A stretch of DNA of 46,785 nucleotides from an uncultured Verrucomicrobiota bacterium. GTDB taxonomy: Bacteria > Verrucomicrobiota > Kiritimatiellia > CAIQIC01 > Lenti-01. Position 1 is the first letter of the stretch; every line of letters begins with the position of its first letter. Below the pieces are notes generated by a model. It saw nothing but the letters and a program-made list of their open reading frames with translations. It searched no databases and was not told where the DNA came from. A program made the translations under genes and the position numbers. Below are positions 24,134 through 32,560 of the stretch, piece by piece. The stretch covers positions 1-46,785 of the forward strand of contig CAYNHA010000204.1 in NCBI GenBank assembly GCA_964397035.1. The letters are read 5' to 3'.

Positions 24134-24984
24134 GCGGCGTCTGGATGAAGGTGGAAAATCTGTCCGTGACCTATCGTACCGGGCGGCGCGTTGTCGAAGC
24201 GGTGAAATCGGTGTCTTTCGAAGTGGTTCGCGGGCGCTGCCTGGGGGTGGTGGGAGAGAGTGGCAGCGGGAAAAGCTCTTTGGCGCGCGCTATTCTGGGG
24301 ATCGAAGAGAACGTTTCGGGGCGGATCGAATTTGACGGGCAGGAGGTGCTGTCCTTGGATCGCGCGGGCCGATTGGCCTTTCGCCGCCGGGCGCAGATGG
24401 TGTTCCAGGATCCGCTGGGTTCGCTGAATCCCCGCATGAAGGCGGGCGCCGCACTGGCGGAAGTGCTCAGGGTGCACCGGTTGGCGGCAACGAGTGAGGA
24501 AGCGGCCCGGCAGGCCGTCCGTTGGTTGGAAACCGTTGGACTGGACGCAGCCTATGCAGATCGTTTTCCTCACGAGCTCAGCGGCGGCCAGCGACAACGC
24601 GTTAATCTGGCCCGGGCCTTGTGCGTGGGGGCGGAATTTCTGGTGGCGGATGAGCCGGTGAGTGCGCTGGATGTGAGTGTGCAGGCACAGATTTTGAATT
24701 TGCTGAAAACCCTTCAAGAAAAGCGGGGAATCACGTGGGTGCTGATCGGACACGACCTGGCGGTGATGCGCCACATGGCCGACGACGTGATGGTGATGAA
24801 GGCGGGAGAAGTTGTGGAGCGGGGGGCCGCTGCGGAGGTGCTGGCCTGTCCTTCCCATCCGTACACGCAGGAATTGCTGGCGGCTGCTCCGAATGTTTCG
24901 CGTTCGCTGGACCGCCGGGCGTCCGTCACTTTGGGGTTGAAGACCCCCTCGGCTCCGGTGCAGGATCGCGCCCGATATGCGTGA
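24130..24984 (+). CDS. peptide-type ABC transporter ATP-binding protein (DppF/OppF-like)
   Basis: There is an ATGA overlap with the upstream stop. It has GESGSGKSS, LSGGQRQR, LVADEPVSALD and HPYTQELL. Confidence 0.9.
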   Translation: MSGVWMKVENLSVTYRTGRRVVEAVKSVSFEVVRGRCLGVVGESGSGKSSLARAILGIEENVSGRIEFDGQEVLSLDRAGRLAFRRRAQMVFQDPLGSLNPRMKAGAALAEVLRVHRLAATSEEAARQAVRWLETVGLDAAYADRFPHELSGGQRQRVNLARALCVGAEFLVADEPVSALDVSVQAQILNLLKTLQEKRGITWVLIGHDLAVMRHMADDVMVMKAGEVVERGAAAEVLACPSHPYTQELLAAAPNVSRSLDRRASVTLGLKTPSAPVQDRARYA

Positions 24985-26245
24985 AACGTGGAACCATTGG
25001 GTTGAATCGGCAGGTGGCGCCTCTGCCGTGCGCCGCCATGCCCTGATCTGGGGCCTTGCGGCGTGGATTTGGTTCCGGCCCTCCAATGAATTGACGACCA
25101 TTGTGATGTGGCTGACGGGGTTCTATGCGGTTTGGAATTGGAGGAAGACGCTGGCCGCCTGGCGGAATCCGGCGGGTTTTTTCTTCGGGCTGGGCGTGAT
25201 TTGGGCCCTGCTTTCGGTGATATGGAGTTTTTATCCGGCGGGAACAGCACGTGATTTGCTGGAAGCGGCCCCTTTGGCGGGCGCAGTGCTGGCCGTGCCC
25301 GTCTTGTTTGATTCTCCGCGCCGCGTCTGGTCGGCGTTGCTGGTGAGCGCGGCCTGGATCACGGCGAATCTGGGGCGCGATCTGATCCGTTTGTTTGACG
25401 AGCTGGGCTGGCCTCTCCTTCTCCGGGAGGCGCGCTTTTTCCATCCGTATCTCTACACGCATCCCAATGTGTCCAGCATGATGGCGGGCCTTTGTGTTTT
25501 GGTTTTCGCGGCGCGGTGGATCGCGGGTGCGCCGGGACCATGGAAGAAGGCGGCCTTGGCTCTGGGCATTCTCCTCGATCTGGCATATCTGGTGGTGATG
25601 GCCTCGCGGGGGCCCCAGCTTGTTTTCGTTTTCGTGGCCTTGGCGTTTCCCCTTGTGCTGATGCCGGGTTGGCGTGCGCGGGTGGTGGCGACCATTCTGG
25701 TGGTGGGAGTGGCCGTGACGTTGGTGGAAGTGGTGCCGCGGGTGAACCCCAGGTTCCGCGACCGGACCATGCGCAACTTCAGCCAGCGCGACACGGTTTG
25801 GAGCCACTCCATGATGCTGGCGGGTCTCCGGCCTGTTTGCGGATACGGGTTTGGAAAGGAAGTCTTCGACAAGGCTGTTTATGCCAATCCGGAGCAGCGG
25901 GCGCCTCTGGTGCCGTTCCGCTATCCGCATGCCCACAGCTATTGGATCATGCTCTATTTCCAAGGGGGAAAAGTCGGCTTTTACCTGTGGAGTTTGGGAT
26001 GGTTGGCGCTGGGGTTCCGCCTTGGAATCCAGGCCTTTCTCGCCGGACGGGCGGAAATCCGTTGGCGTGAAAAACTGCGCGCACGCGCCCTTCCCGTGTT
26101 GCTGGGAACGGGAATGGCCTTTGTTCTGGTTTACGGCATCGGGGATTTCCCGGACCAGGTGATTCGCTTCTCTCAATTTTGCCTGGCCGGGCTGGCGGTC
26201 TCGAGGGTGATTCCCTTGTCCGGGAAAGAGGGAGGAAACGCGTGA
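24977..26245 (+). CDS. O-antigen ligase/polymerase-family (Wzy_C) integral membrane protein
   Basis: It is polytopic and hydrophobic. The loop motif is MASRGPQL...YGFGKEVF...RYPHAHSYWIMLY. It overlaps the upstream gene by 8 nt. Confidence 0.7.
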   Translation: MRETWNHWVESAGGASAVRRHALIWGLAAWIWFRPSNELTTIVMWLTGFYAVWNWRKTLAAWRNPAGFFFGLGVIWALLSVIWSFYPAGTARDLLEAAPLAGAVLAVPVLFDSPRRVWSALLVSAAWITANLGRDLIRLFDELGWPLLLREARFFHPYLYTHPNVSSMMAGLCVLVFAARWIAGAPGPWKKAALALGILLDLAYLVVMASRGPQLVFVFVALAFPLVLMPGWRARVVATILVVGVAVTLVEVVPRVNPRFRDRTMRNFSQRDTVWSHSMMLAGLRPVCGYGFGKEVFDKAVYANPEQRAPLVPFRYPHAHSYWIMLYFQGGKVGFYLWSLGWLALGFRLGIQAFLAGRAEIRWREKLRARALPVLLGTGMAFVLVYGIGDFPDQVIRFSQFCLAGLAVSRVIPLSGKEGGNA

Positions 26246-27054
26246 AAATCAGTGTCCTCACCACCCTCTACAACCGGCCGGATCACCTGCGCCTGCTGGT
26301 GGCGTCGCTGCTGGCCCAGACCCGCGTACCCGACGAATTGGTGGTGGCCGACGATGGTTCCGATGAAGCCACCGTGGCGGCCACAACTCGGCTGTTGTCC
26401 ACGTGTAGGATTCCCTCGACAGTGGTGAGGCAGGAGAAAGACGGCTATCGGCTGGCGGCGGCCCGCAACAAGGCCATTCGAGCCTCCACGGGGGACTACC
26501 TGCTTTTCCTGGACTGCGACATTGCGCTCTTGCCCGACGCGGTGGACCAGCACCGGCGGCATTCCGCGCCGCGCCGCCTCCTGTGCGGCAACCGGGCTTT
26601 GCTGGATGAAGTGGTGACGAAAGCCCTGATGGCGGCCGTGCCCTCGCCCTCCCCGGAGGACTGGGAAATGGCATGGGCGGCCGCCGATGTGGCCGAGCTT
26701 GCGGAAGCCGCTCGCCTGTTTGCGCGGCAAGCCGCGTTGAGGCGCTGGCATGTGGCCCGTCCGCACAAACCCAAATTGCTGGGGTGCCATTTTTCGCTCT
26801 TCCGCGACGACGTGGTGGACGTGAACGGGTTCGACGAGAATTTCGTGGGCTGGGGCTATGAAGACGACGACTTTGCCCGCCGCCTGTACAAAACGGGCGT
26901 GGAGCCCCGGAGTGTGATTCACGAGGCCCGCGCGATGCACTTGTGGCATCCCTCGCTGGCCCCGCAGGCGTTGGAGCGGCATCGCGACCGGCCCAACCGC
27001 GCCTATTTCCGACGGTGGCGCGTGAAGGCATTTTGCCAGAATGGACTCAAATGA
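26242..27054 (+). CDS. family 2 glycosyltransferase
   Basis: There is a GTGA overlap, and GGAGG lies 6 nt upstream. ISVLTTLYNRPDHLRLLVASL, VVADDGSDE, LFLDCD and FVGWGYEDDDFARRL are present. Confidence 0.85.
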   Translation: MKISVLTTLYNRPDHLRLLVASLLAQTRVPDELVVADDGSDEATVAATTRLLSTCRIPSTVVRQEKDGYRLAAARNKAIRASTGDYLLFLDCDIALLPDAVDQHRRHSAPRRLLCGNRALLDEVVTKALMAAVPSPSPEDWEMAWAAADVAELAEAARLFARQAALRRWHVARPHKPKLLGCHFSLFRDDVVDVNGFDENFVGWGYEDDDFARRLYKTGVEPRSVIHEARAMHLWHPSLAPQALERHRDRPNRAYFRRWRVKAFCQNGLK

Positions 27055-28265
27055 AAATGGATTGGACCGAAAAAACGTGGATCGTGGCCACCTGCGGGCG
27101 CGGCTGCGCCGATGTGCTCAAGGGCGAGCTCCGCGCCATGGGCTATGAGCCGCAGGATGTCTCGCCGACTTCCGTTGGAATCGAAGGCGATTTGCGCGAT
27201 GCGATGCGCCTGAACCTGTGGCTGCGGACGGCGAACCGGGTGCTGTTCGAAGTGGGAGGGTTCGAGGTGGATTCCGCGGACGACCTCTATGCGGCCGTTC
27301 GCGAACTGCCGTGGGAGCTGTGGCTTCGCCGGGATGTTCCCTTCCACGTGCATGGCGTGGCCCAGCACGAGACCATCCGCGATCCCCGCTATGCCGTGCT
27401 GCGCTGCAAGGACGCCATCGCCGACCGGTTCGTGGACATGACCGGCGCGCGTCCCGACTCGACCTCGACCCCCGACGGCGCCTCGTGCGTGGCCCTGTAC
27501 TGGAAGGAGCGGTCCGCCCAGATATTCATCGACACCAGCGGCGCGCCGCTTTCGCACCGCGGCTATCGCTGGCGTTCGTGGGTGGCCCCGCTGCGCGAGA
27601 CTCTGGCGGCCAGCATCCTGCTGGAAGCAGGCTGGGGCCGGAACAGCGCGGAAGCCTTCATCGGCCCCATGTGCGGCAGCGGAACGCTGGCCATCGAGGC
27701 TGCGTGGATGGCGCAGAACCGCGCCCCCGGCCTGGAGCGCGAAGACTATGCCTTCCTGCACCTGAACGATGTGGACACGTCCGCCTGGCAGGAGCTGAAG
27801 GACGAAGCGCGCGCCAAATTCATCGCGGCTCCCCGCACATGGATCGCCGCCTCGGACGTGGATGCGCAGGCGATTTCGTGCGCGCGGGAAAACGCCGAGC
27901 GGGCCCGGGTGGCCGGCATGATCCGCTTCCACACCTGCGATTTCCGCGACACGCCGCTGCCGAAGCCGCCGGCGATGGTCCTGATGAATCCCGAATACGG
28001 CGAGCGCATGGGGGAGGAAGAGCGCCTCGTGACGCTCTACGAATCCATCGGCTCCTACTTCAAGGACAAGTGCCAGGGCATGCGCGCGCTGGTCTTCACC
28101 GGGAACCTGCCGCTGGGGCGCAAAATCAGCCTGCATCCCGTCCGCCGCGTGGCCCTGTGGAACGGTGACATCGAGTGCCGCCTGCTGGAATACGACATCT
28201 ACGAAGGCACCCGCGATGCCCGCCTGATCCGCAAGCATGGCGGCGCCGGAATTCCGCCACAATAG
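27051..28265 (+). CDS. THUMP-domain class I SAM-dependent RNA methyltransferase (RlmL/COG0116-like)
   Basis: There is an ATGA overlap. The N-terminus has a ferredoxin-like/THUMP pattern. PMCGSGTLAIEAA is the SAM motif I and MNPEYGERMG is the NPPY-like motif IV. Confidence 0.8.
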   Translation: MKMDWTEKTWIVATCGRGCADVLKGELRAMGYEPQDVSPTSVGIEGDLRDAMRLNLWLRTANRVLFEVGGFEVDSADDLYAAVRELPWELWLRRDVPFHVHGVAQHETIRDPRYAVLRCKDAIADRFVDMTGARPDSTSTPDGASCVALYWKERSAQIFIDTSGAPLSHRGYRWRSWVAPLRETLAASILLEAGWGRNSAEAFIGPMCGSGTLAIEAAWMAQNRAPGLEREDYAFLHLNDVDTSAWQELKDEARAKFIAAPRTWIAASDVDAQAISCARENAERARVAGMIRFHTCDFRDTPLPKPPAMVLMNPEYGERMGEEERLVTLYESIGSYFKDKCQGMRALVFTGNLPLGRKISLHPVRRVALWNGDIECRLLEYDIYEGTRDARLIRKHGGAGIPPQ

Positions 28266-28304
28266 ACTATACTTTCCGCAAGTTTTTCCTAGGATGGGGG
28301 GAAC

Positions 28305-29288
28305 ATGAAACTCAGCGTTCCCATCTTGTGCTACCGCGTCATCTCGCCGGTGTGTGGAATCACGCCGGAGGAATTTCGCGCGCATCTGGAGTGGCTGGCC
28401 TCGCACGGCTGGCACAGCATTCCGCTCGACGACGTCATCGATTACGTCAAGGGCGGCGCCGAGCCCCCGAAGCTTTCCTATGCGCTCACGTTCGACGACT
28501 GCTATCTCGACAACTGGGTCCATGCCGCGCCCGTTCTGCATGAATACGGCGTACGCGCCTCCTTCGGCTGCGCCACGGCCTACCTGCACGACGGTCCTCG
28601 CCGTCCCGACTCCGCCACACCGGGTGCCGACCTGCGTGAACTGCCCGTGGCTCGCGATGCGTGGGACCGAGCCATCGAGCGCAACGACCCCACCGCCTTC
28701 ATGAACCGCACCGAGCTCAAGGCCCTTGTGGAGCAGCAGGGACACGGTCTCTTTGGCCACACCCACACGCACCAGGCCTGTTTCAGCTCCAACAGGCCCA
28801 TTGGCCAGGTGCAGACCGACATCCATCCGGGCGTGCATGGCATCTACCTGGAAATCCGCGACGGCCAGCCCATGTATGCCAGCGGATCCGCCTATGCCCA
28901 CAACGGCTTCTGGCCCGAATCCAGCGATCCGCTGGATACCCATTTGGCGGAGCGGACCACCAGCGAGCGCATCGAGTTTTGCTTGAACGAATTCACCCTC
29001 TGCCGCGAGCGCCTCGAAGAGCTCACCGGAAAACCCTCGCGCGCGATGAGCTGGCCCTGGGGCGAATACGACGGCGTGGCCATCGAGGCGGCGCTGCTGG
29101 CGGGCTACGAAGCCGCGCTGTCGATGGACTGCGGGGCCAACCGCCCGGGCACGCCGCTCTTTGCGCTGCGCCGCATCCGGATGCAGGGCGGCGTGGGCTG
29201 CCGCGAGCTCCACCACCGCCTCTTCATCGCCCAGAATCCGCTGCTGGCCGCCCTCTTCCGCAAGACCTACCGCCGCGCCCGGGGTTGA
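28305..29288 (+). CDS. polysaccharide deacetylase (NodB-homology) family protein
   Basis: ALTFDDCYLDNWVHAAPVLHEYGVRASF, FGHTHTHQ and MSWPWGEYD are present. Confidence 0.8.
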   Translation: MKLSVPILCYRVISPVCGITPEEFRAHLEWLASHGWHSIPLDDVIDYVKGGAEPPKLSYALTFDDCYLDNWVHAAPVLHEYGVRASFGCATAYLHDGPRRPDSATPGADLRELPVARDAWDRAIERNDPTAFMNRTELKALVEQQGHGLFGHTHTHQACFSSNRPIGQVQTDIHPGVHGIYLEIRDGQPMYASGSAYAHNGFWPESSDPLDTHLAERTTSERIEFCLNEFTLCRERLEELTGKPSRAMSWPWGEYDGVAIEAALLAGYEAALSMDCGANRPGTPLFALRRIRMQGGVGCRELHHRLFIAQNPLLAALFRKTYRRARG

Positions 29289-29294
29289 ACCGGT

Positions 29295-29335
29295 TTTTCC
29301 ACAGTGTGGAAAAAAGTTTTCCACAGTGTGGAAAA
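29295..29335. repeat. perfect 22-bp-phased pair of TTTTCCACAGTGTGGAAAA
   Basis: Copies lie at 29295 and 29317, beginning 7 nt after the deacetylase stop and ending 11 nt before the dus start. This is the reverse-complement orientation of the 7945 cluster (central G versus C). Confidence 0.95.
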
Positions 29336-29345
29336 CTCGCTTAGG

Positions 29346-30419
29346 ATGGCGCGCATGTCTGACTTCCAGCTCCAACCGTTGCAACTGGGGACGCTCCGAA
29401 TCGAGTGGCCCGTTTTTCTGGCGCCCATGGCGGGGTATACCGATGGGGCGTTCCGCTCGCTGTGTCTGGAAAAGGGGTGCGGCGCGGTGGTGACGGAAAT
29501 GGCGAATGCGTACGGGCTGACGATCGACCACCTGCGCACGGGCTACTACCTGCATACGTGGGGCGAGGAGCATCCCATCGGGGCGCAGATCTACGGTTCC
29601 GATCCGGCGGTGATGGCGGCGGCGGCGGCCAAGGTGGCGGAAACGAAACTCTTCGATTTCCTGGACATCAACGCGGGCTGCCCGATGCCGAAGATCCGCA
29701 ACCGCGGCGACGGGGCGGGGCTGATGCGCGATCCGGCCCGGATGGCCGAGATCGTGCGGCAGGTGAGGGCGGCGGCGGGGGAGGCAATGCCGGTGACGGT
29801 GAAGACGCGAATCGGCTGGTGCGCGGACACGATCAACGTGATGGAGACGACGTCGGGGGTGGAAGAGGCGGGCGCGGCGGCGATTTTCCTGCACGGGCGG
29901 GTGGCGGCGGTGCGCCATTCGGGGCCGTCGAACTGGGACTTGATCGCGGAAACGAAGCGGGCGCGCAGGATTCCGGTGATCGGCAACGGCGGCATCAAGA
30001 CGGCGGCGGATGTGTTCCGGATGGTGCGCGAGACGGGCGTGGATGGCGTGATGGTCGGGCGCGTGGCGCTGGGGAATGCGTGGCTGTTCCGCGACATCCG
30101 GGAGCTGGCGGCGGGGCGCGAGCCGCGCCTGCCCGCGGTGGAGGAAGTGAGGGCGGAAATCCGGGAGCACCTGCGGAGGGAAATCGCGCTGATGGAGCGG
30201 CGCGGCCGCCGGGAGCTGAAGATGGGCGCGGAGCTGACGGCGTGCCTGGTGATGCGTCCGCATCTGGTTCGCTATCTGCGGGGCTTCCGCGAATTCGGGG
30301 CCCTGGCGCGGACGCTGGAGGAGCGGGTGGATGCGGCGACGCTGCTGGGGCGGATCGACGCGGTGCTGGCGTCGGGCCGCAAGTGCGAACCTCTCCCGGA
30401 GCTTGCGGGAGGGGATTGA
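29346..30419 (+). CDS. tRNA-dihydrouridine synthase
   Basis: FLAPMAGYTDGAFRSLC, DINAGCPMPKI, TVKTRIGW and GNGGI are present. The listed start at 29304 lies inside the repeat and is rejected. Confidence 0.88.
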   Translation: MARMSDFQLQPLQLGTLRIEWPVFLAPMAGYTDGAFRSLCLEKGCGAVVTEMANAYGLTIDHLRTGYYLHTWGEEHPIGAQIYGSDPAVMAAAAAKVAETKLFDFLDINAGCPMPKIRNRGDGAGLMRDPARMAEIVRQVRAAAGEAMPVTVKTRIGWCADTINVMETTSGVEEAGAAAIFLHGRVAAVRHSGPSNWDLIAETKRARRIPVIGNGGIKTAADVFRMVRETGVDGVMVGRVALGNAWLFRDIRELAAGREPRLPAVEEVRAEIREHLRREIALMERRGRRELKMGAELTACLVMRPHLVRYLRGFREFGALARTLEERVDAATLLGRIDAVLASGRKCEPLPELAGGD

Positions 30420-30464
30420 GTCGAGTCGGAATTGGAACAGGCGGAGGAGGATCATCGCGACGCT

Positions 30465-32147
30465 ATGAAACGGATCACGATTCTTTCCTGTCTGGTGTGG
30501 GTGGCTGGATTCGCGGGACCTGCGGGCGGGCAGATGGTTCCGCCGAATCCGGATTTGGCGTATCCGGAAGGGCAGGTGAACAGCGACACGGCGGACATTG
30601 TTCGCAACAAGCCGCGCATCGATGCGGAGCCGGTGGATCAGGACGAGTTGGCGCAGGCGCACCGCCCGAAACTGGATGAAATGGGGGCGGAATTGCTGGC
30701 GGAGGCGATGATGCAGCGGCTTCAGCCGCCCCGGCAGACGGCGCTGGCCAAACTGAATCCGAGCTTCGAGACGATGGCGGTGGCCTATACCGATCTGGGA
30801 ACCTATGTGCGCGATCAGGGAGTTCCTTCTGAACGGCTGGAGAATGGCTATGTTCAACTGACGTTTTTGCAACGGGCGGGGGAGGACAGTGTTGGCGTGC
30901 GACTGGCGGATGCGATTCTGGCATCCAAGGGAGGGCTGCGTCCAGGAGATGTGATGGGGCTCGCAATCGAGATCTGCGGGGGGGATGTGCCGCTGGCCGC
31001 GCTGGCGGTGCATACGCTGTTGAAGGAGGCCAAATACCAGTCGATCCCGACCGAAACGAATCCCAAGCCGACGGGACTGGCCATGGTGGGGGAGTCGAAG
31101 GTGATGAGCCGTACGGGGCCGCGGGTGGAATCGCGCTCGGCGGCGGAATTGATGGCCAAGCTGGTGGATTTGCGACCGGCGGGAGACCTATATGTCCAGG
31201 ACAAAATGGGGCCGTGGTATCACGCGTTCGGATTGCTGTTCGTGGGGACCGCTCTGAGCCCGGATTCGGCGATGGTCGGATCCATGGGGGAAAATGCCTG
31301 GCGATATTTCAACATTCGCAGCCATTGGGATCCGGCGAAGATGGAAGTGAACCGATGGGCCGCCGAAGAGACCTATGCACTGGGATTGCTGATGCAGTGG
31401 CAGTCGGCGGCGACGATCTCCCAGCATCGGGGCTGGTATGTGCCGCGCTTCCTGGACAAGCTGAAGGAGGATGAGCTGGAGCAGATCCTGCAGGATTTGC
31501 ACGCGATGGATCGATTTCTGGTGAACGGGAAGCATCCTGCCTCCCTGCGCCGGGCGGTGGCCATTCACCTGGAGCGGGTGGAGAAGGAATTGCTTTCCCG
31601 GCGCAATCCGCTGGTCTATTGCACCTCGATCCGGGATTCGAAGGGGCAGGCGCGCTCCCGGCCGGAGATGAGCGTGGCGCTGTTTCCACCCAATCAGACG
31701 GTCTACATCGAGAGCCTGCGGGTGCCGCGTCCCACGCCTCCGCCGGGCCCAGCCGTCCCGCGCACATCGGGCACGCCGGTGCTGCCGCCGTGGGCGGAAG
31801 AGGAACCGAAGGCAACGAAACCCGCCGAGAAAGACGACACAGCGTATGACCTGTGGCTGAGGCAGATCCGGCTGCCCTACATGCGGGAGGGAGAAATCAT
31901 GAAGCGGTTTCCAGCCTCAGAGTTGGGGGGTGTTGGGATGCAGGGCGATCTGGTGTTCCGCGGGAGCGTTCAGGGGCGAAGGGTGATGTTGGAGGTGACC
32001 TATCCGCCGGAGAATCGCGGAAATGGGTTGCCGGTGTTGGAGGGAGGCACGGCGGTGCTGATGTTCGATTCTCCGAAGCCGCCGGATTCCACTCCGCCGG
32101 AGCCGCCGAAGGATGGCGTGACCCTTTTCTATCCGCCGGGCATGTAA
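30465..32147 (+). CDS. secreted protein of unknown function (560 aa)
   Basis: GGAGGAGG lies upstream. The signal-like N-terminus is MKRITILSCLVWVAGFAGPAGG. Codon usage is consistent, and a Pro-rich linker sits near aa 440-480. I recognise no motif. Confidence 0.6.
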   Translation: MKRITILSCLVWVAGFAGPAGGQMVPPNPDLAYPEGQVNSDTADIVRNKPRIDAEPVDQDELAQAHRPKLDEMGAELLAEAMMQRLQPPRQTALAKLNPSFETMAVAYTDLGTYVRDQGVPSERLENGYVQLTFLQRAGEDSVGVRLADAILASKGGLRPGDVMGLAIEICGGDVPLAALAVHTLLKEAKYQSIPTETNPKPTGLAMVGESKVMSRTGPRVESRSAAELMAKLVDLRPAGDLYVQDKMGPWYHAFGLLFVGTALSPDSAMVGSMGENAWRYFNIRSHWDPAKMEVNRWAAEETYALGLLMQWQSAATISQHRGWYVPRFLDKLKEDELEQILQDLHAMDRFLVNGKHPASLRRAVAIHLERVEKELLSRRNPLVYCTSIRDSKGQARSRPEMSVALFPPNQTVYIESLRVPRPTPPPGPAVPRTSGTPVLPPWAEEEPKATKPAEKDDTAYDLWLRQIRLPYMREGEIMKRFPASELGGVGMQGDLVFRGSVQGRRVMLEVTYPPENRGNGLPVLEGGTAVLMFDSPKPPDSTPPEPPKDGVTLFYPPGM

Positions 32148-32348
32148 GCCGCGCACGTCTGGTCGCCAAGGTTGGCTTCCCTGTTGGATACGGCACGTTG
32201 GGTGTATCCTTGTTTCATGGACCTCCGTCGGCTTTGTGCCGCAATCCGCGCCATGGGAACGGAAGTTGCGCTCCGATGGACCACGGATGAACACCGATGG
32301 ACACGGATTTCAAAAGGGGGTGAGGGCCGAAAAACCGGAGAAAAGTTT

Positions 32349-32378
32349 TGACTAGTTATTATAATAACTAGTTGATTT
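32349..32378 (+). promoter_or_regulatory. 30-bp AT-rich element TGACTAGTTATTATAATAACTAGTTGATTT (contains TATAAT and a perfect 22-bp palindrome)
   Basis: ACTAGTTATTATAATAACTAGT (32351-32372) is a perfect palindrome, with TATAAT at 32360-32365. The element is 28/30 identical to 42209-42238. Confidence 0.6.
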
Positions 32379-32560
32379 GGAGGGATGCATCCTCGTCTCA
32401 TGGACGGCCCAATTCATACCGAGCATGTTCAAGCGGGATGGGACTGCCATCGAGAGCGCGGAGAGGGGGCGAACGGAAAGAGATGCCACACCCCCAGCCG
32501 CGCTCTATTCAGCATTGCGAAAGCGAGATAGCAGATCAGTGAAACGAGGATGCTCTCCGG
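32379..32560 (+). ncRNA. structured RNA candidate, 6S-RNA-like rod (about 180 nt)
   Basis: The closing helix pairs 32387-32396 with 32544-32553 (10 bp, perfect), plus GGAG/CTCC at 32379-32382 with 32555-32558. The apical helix pairs 32453-32461 with 32498-32506 (9 bp), plus GGGGG/CCCCC at 32465-32469 with 32491-32495. A large asymmetric internal region contains TTCATACC (32413-32420), and a GAAA-tetraloop hairpin lies at 32515-32526. A TATAAT lies about 14 nt upstream. Confidence 0.5.

Noticed and set aside
27003-31013. 1336-aa minus-strand ORF
   Set aside because: It spans four well-supported plus-strand genes and the intergenic palindrome pair. The composition is Arg/His/Pro/Ala-rich with no motifs. 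Its length is an artefact of stop-codon depletion in GC-rich antisense frames.
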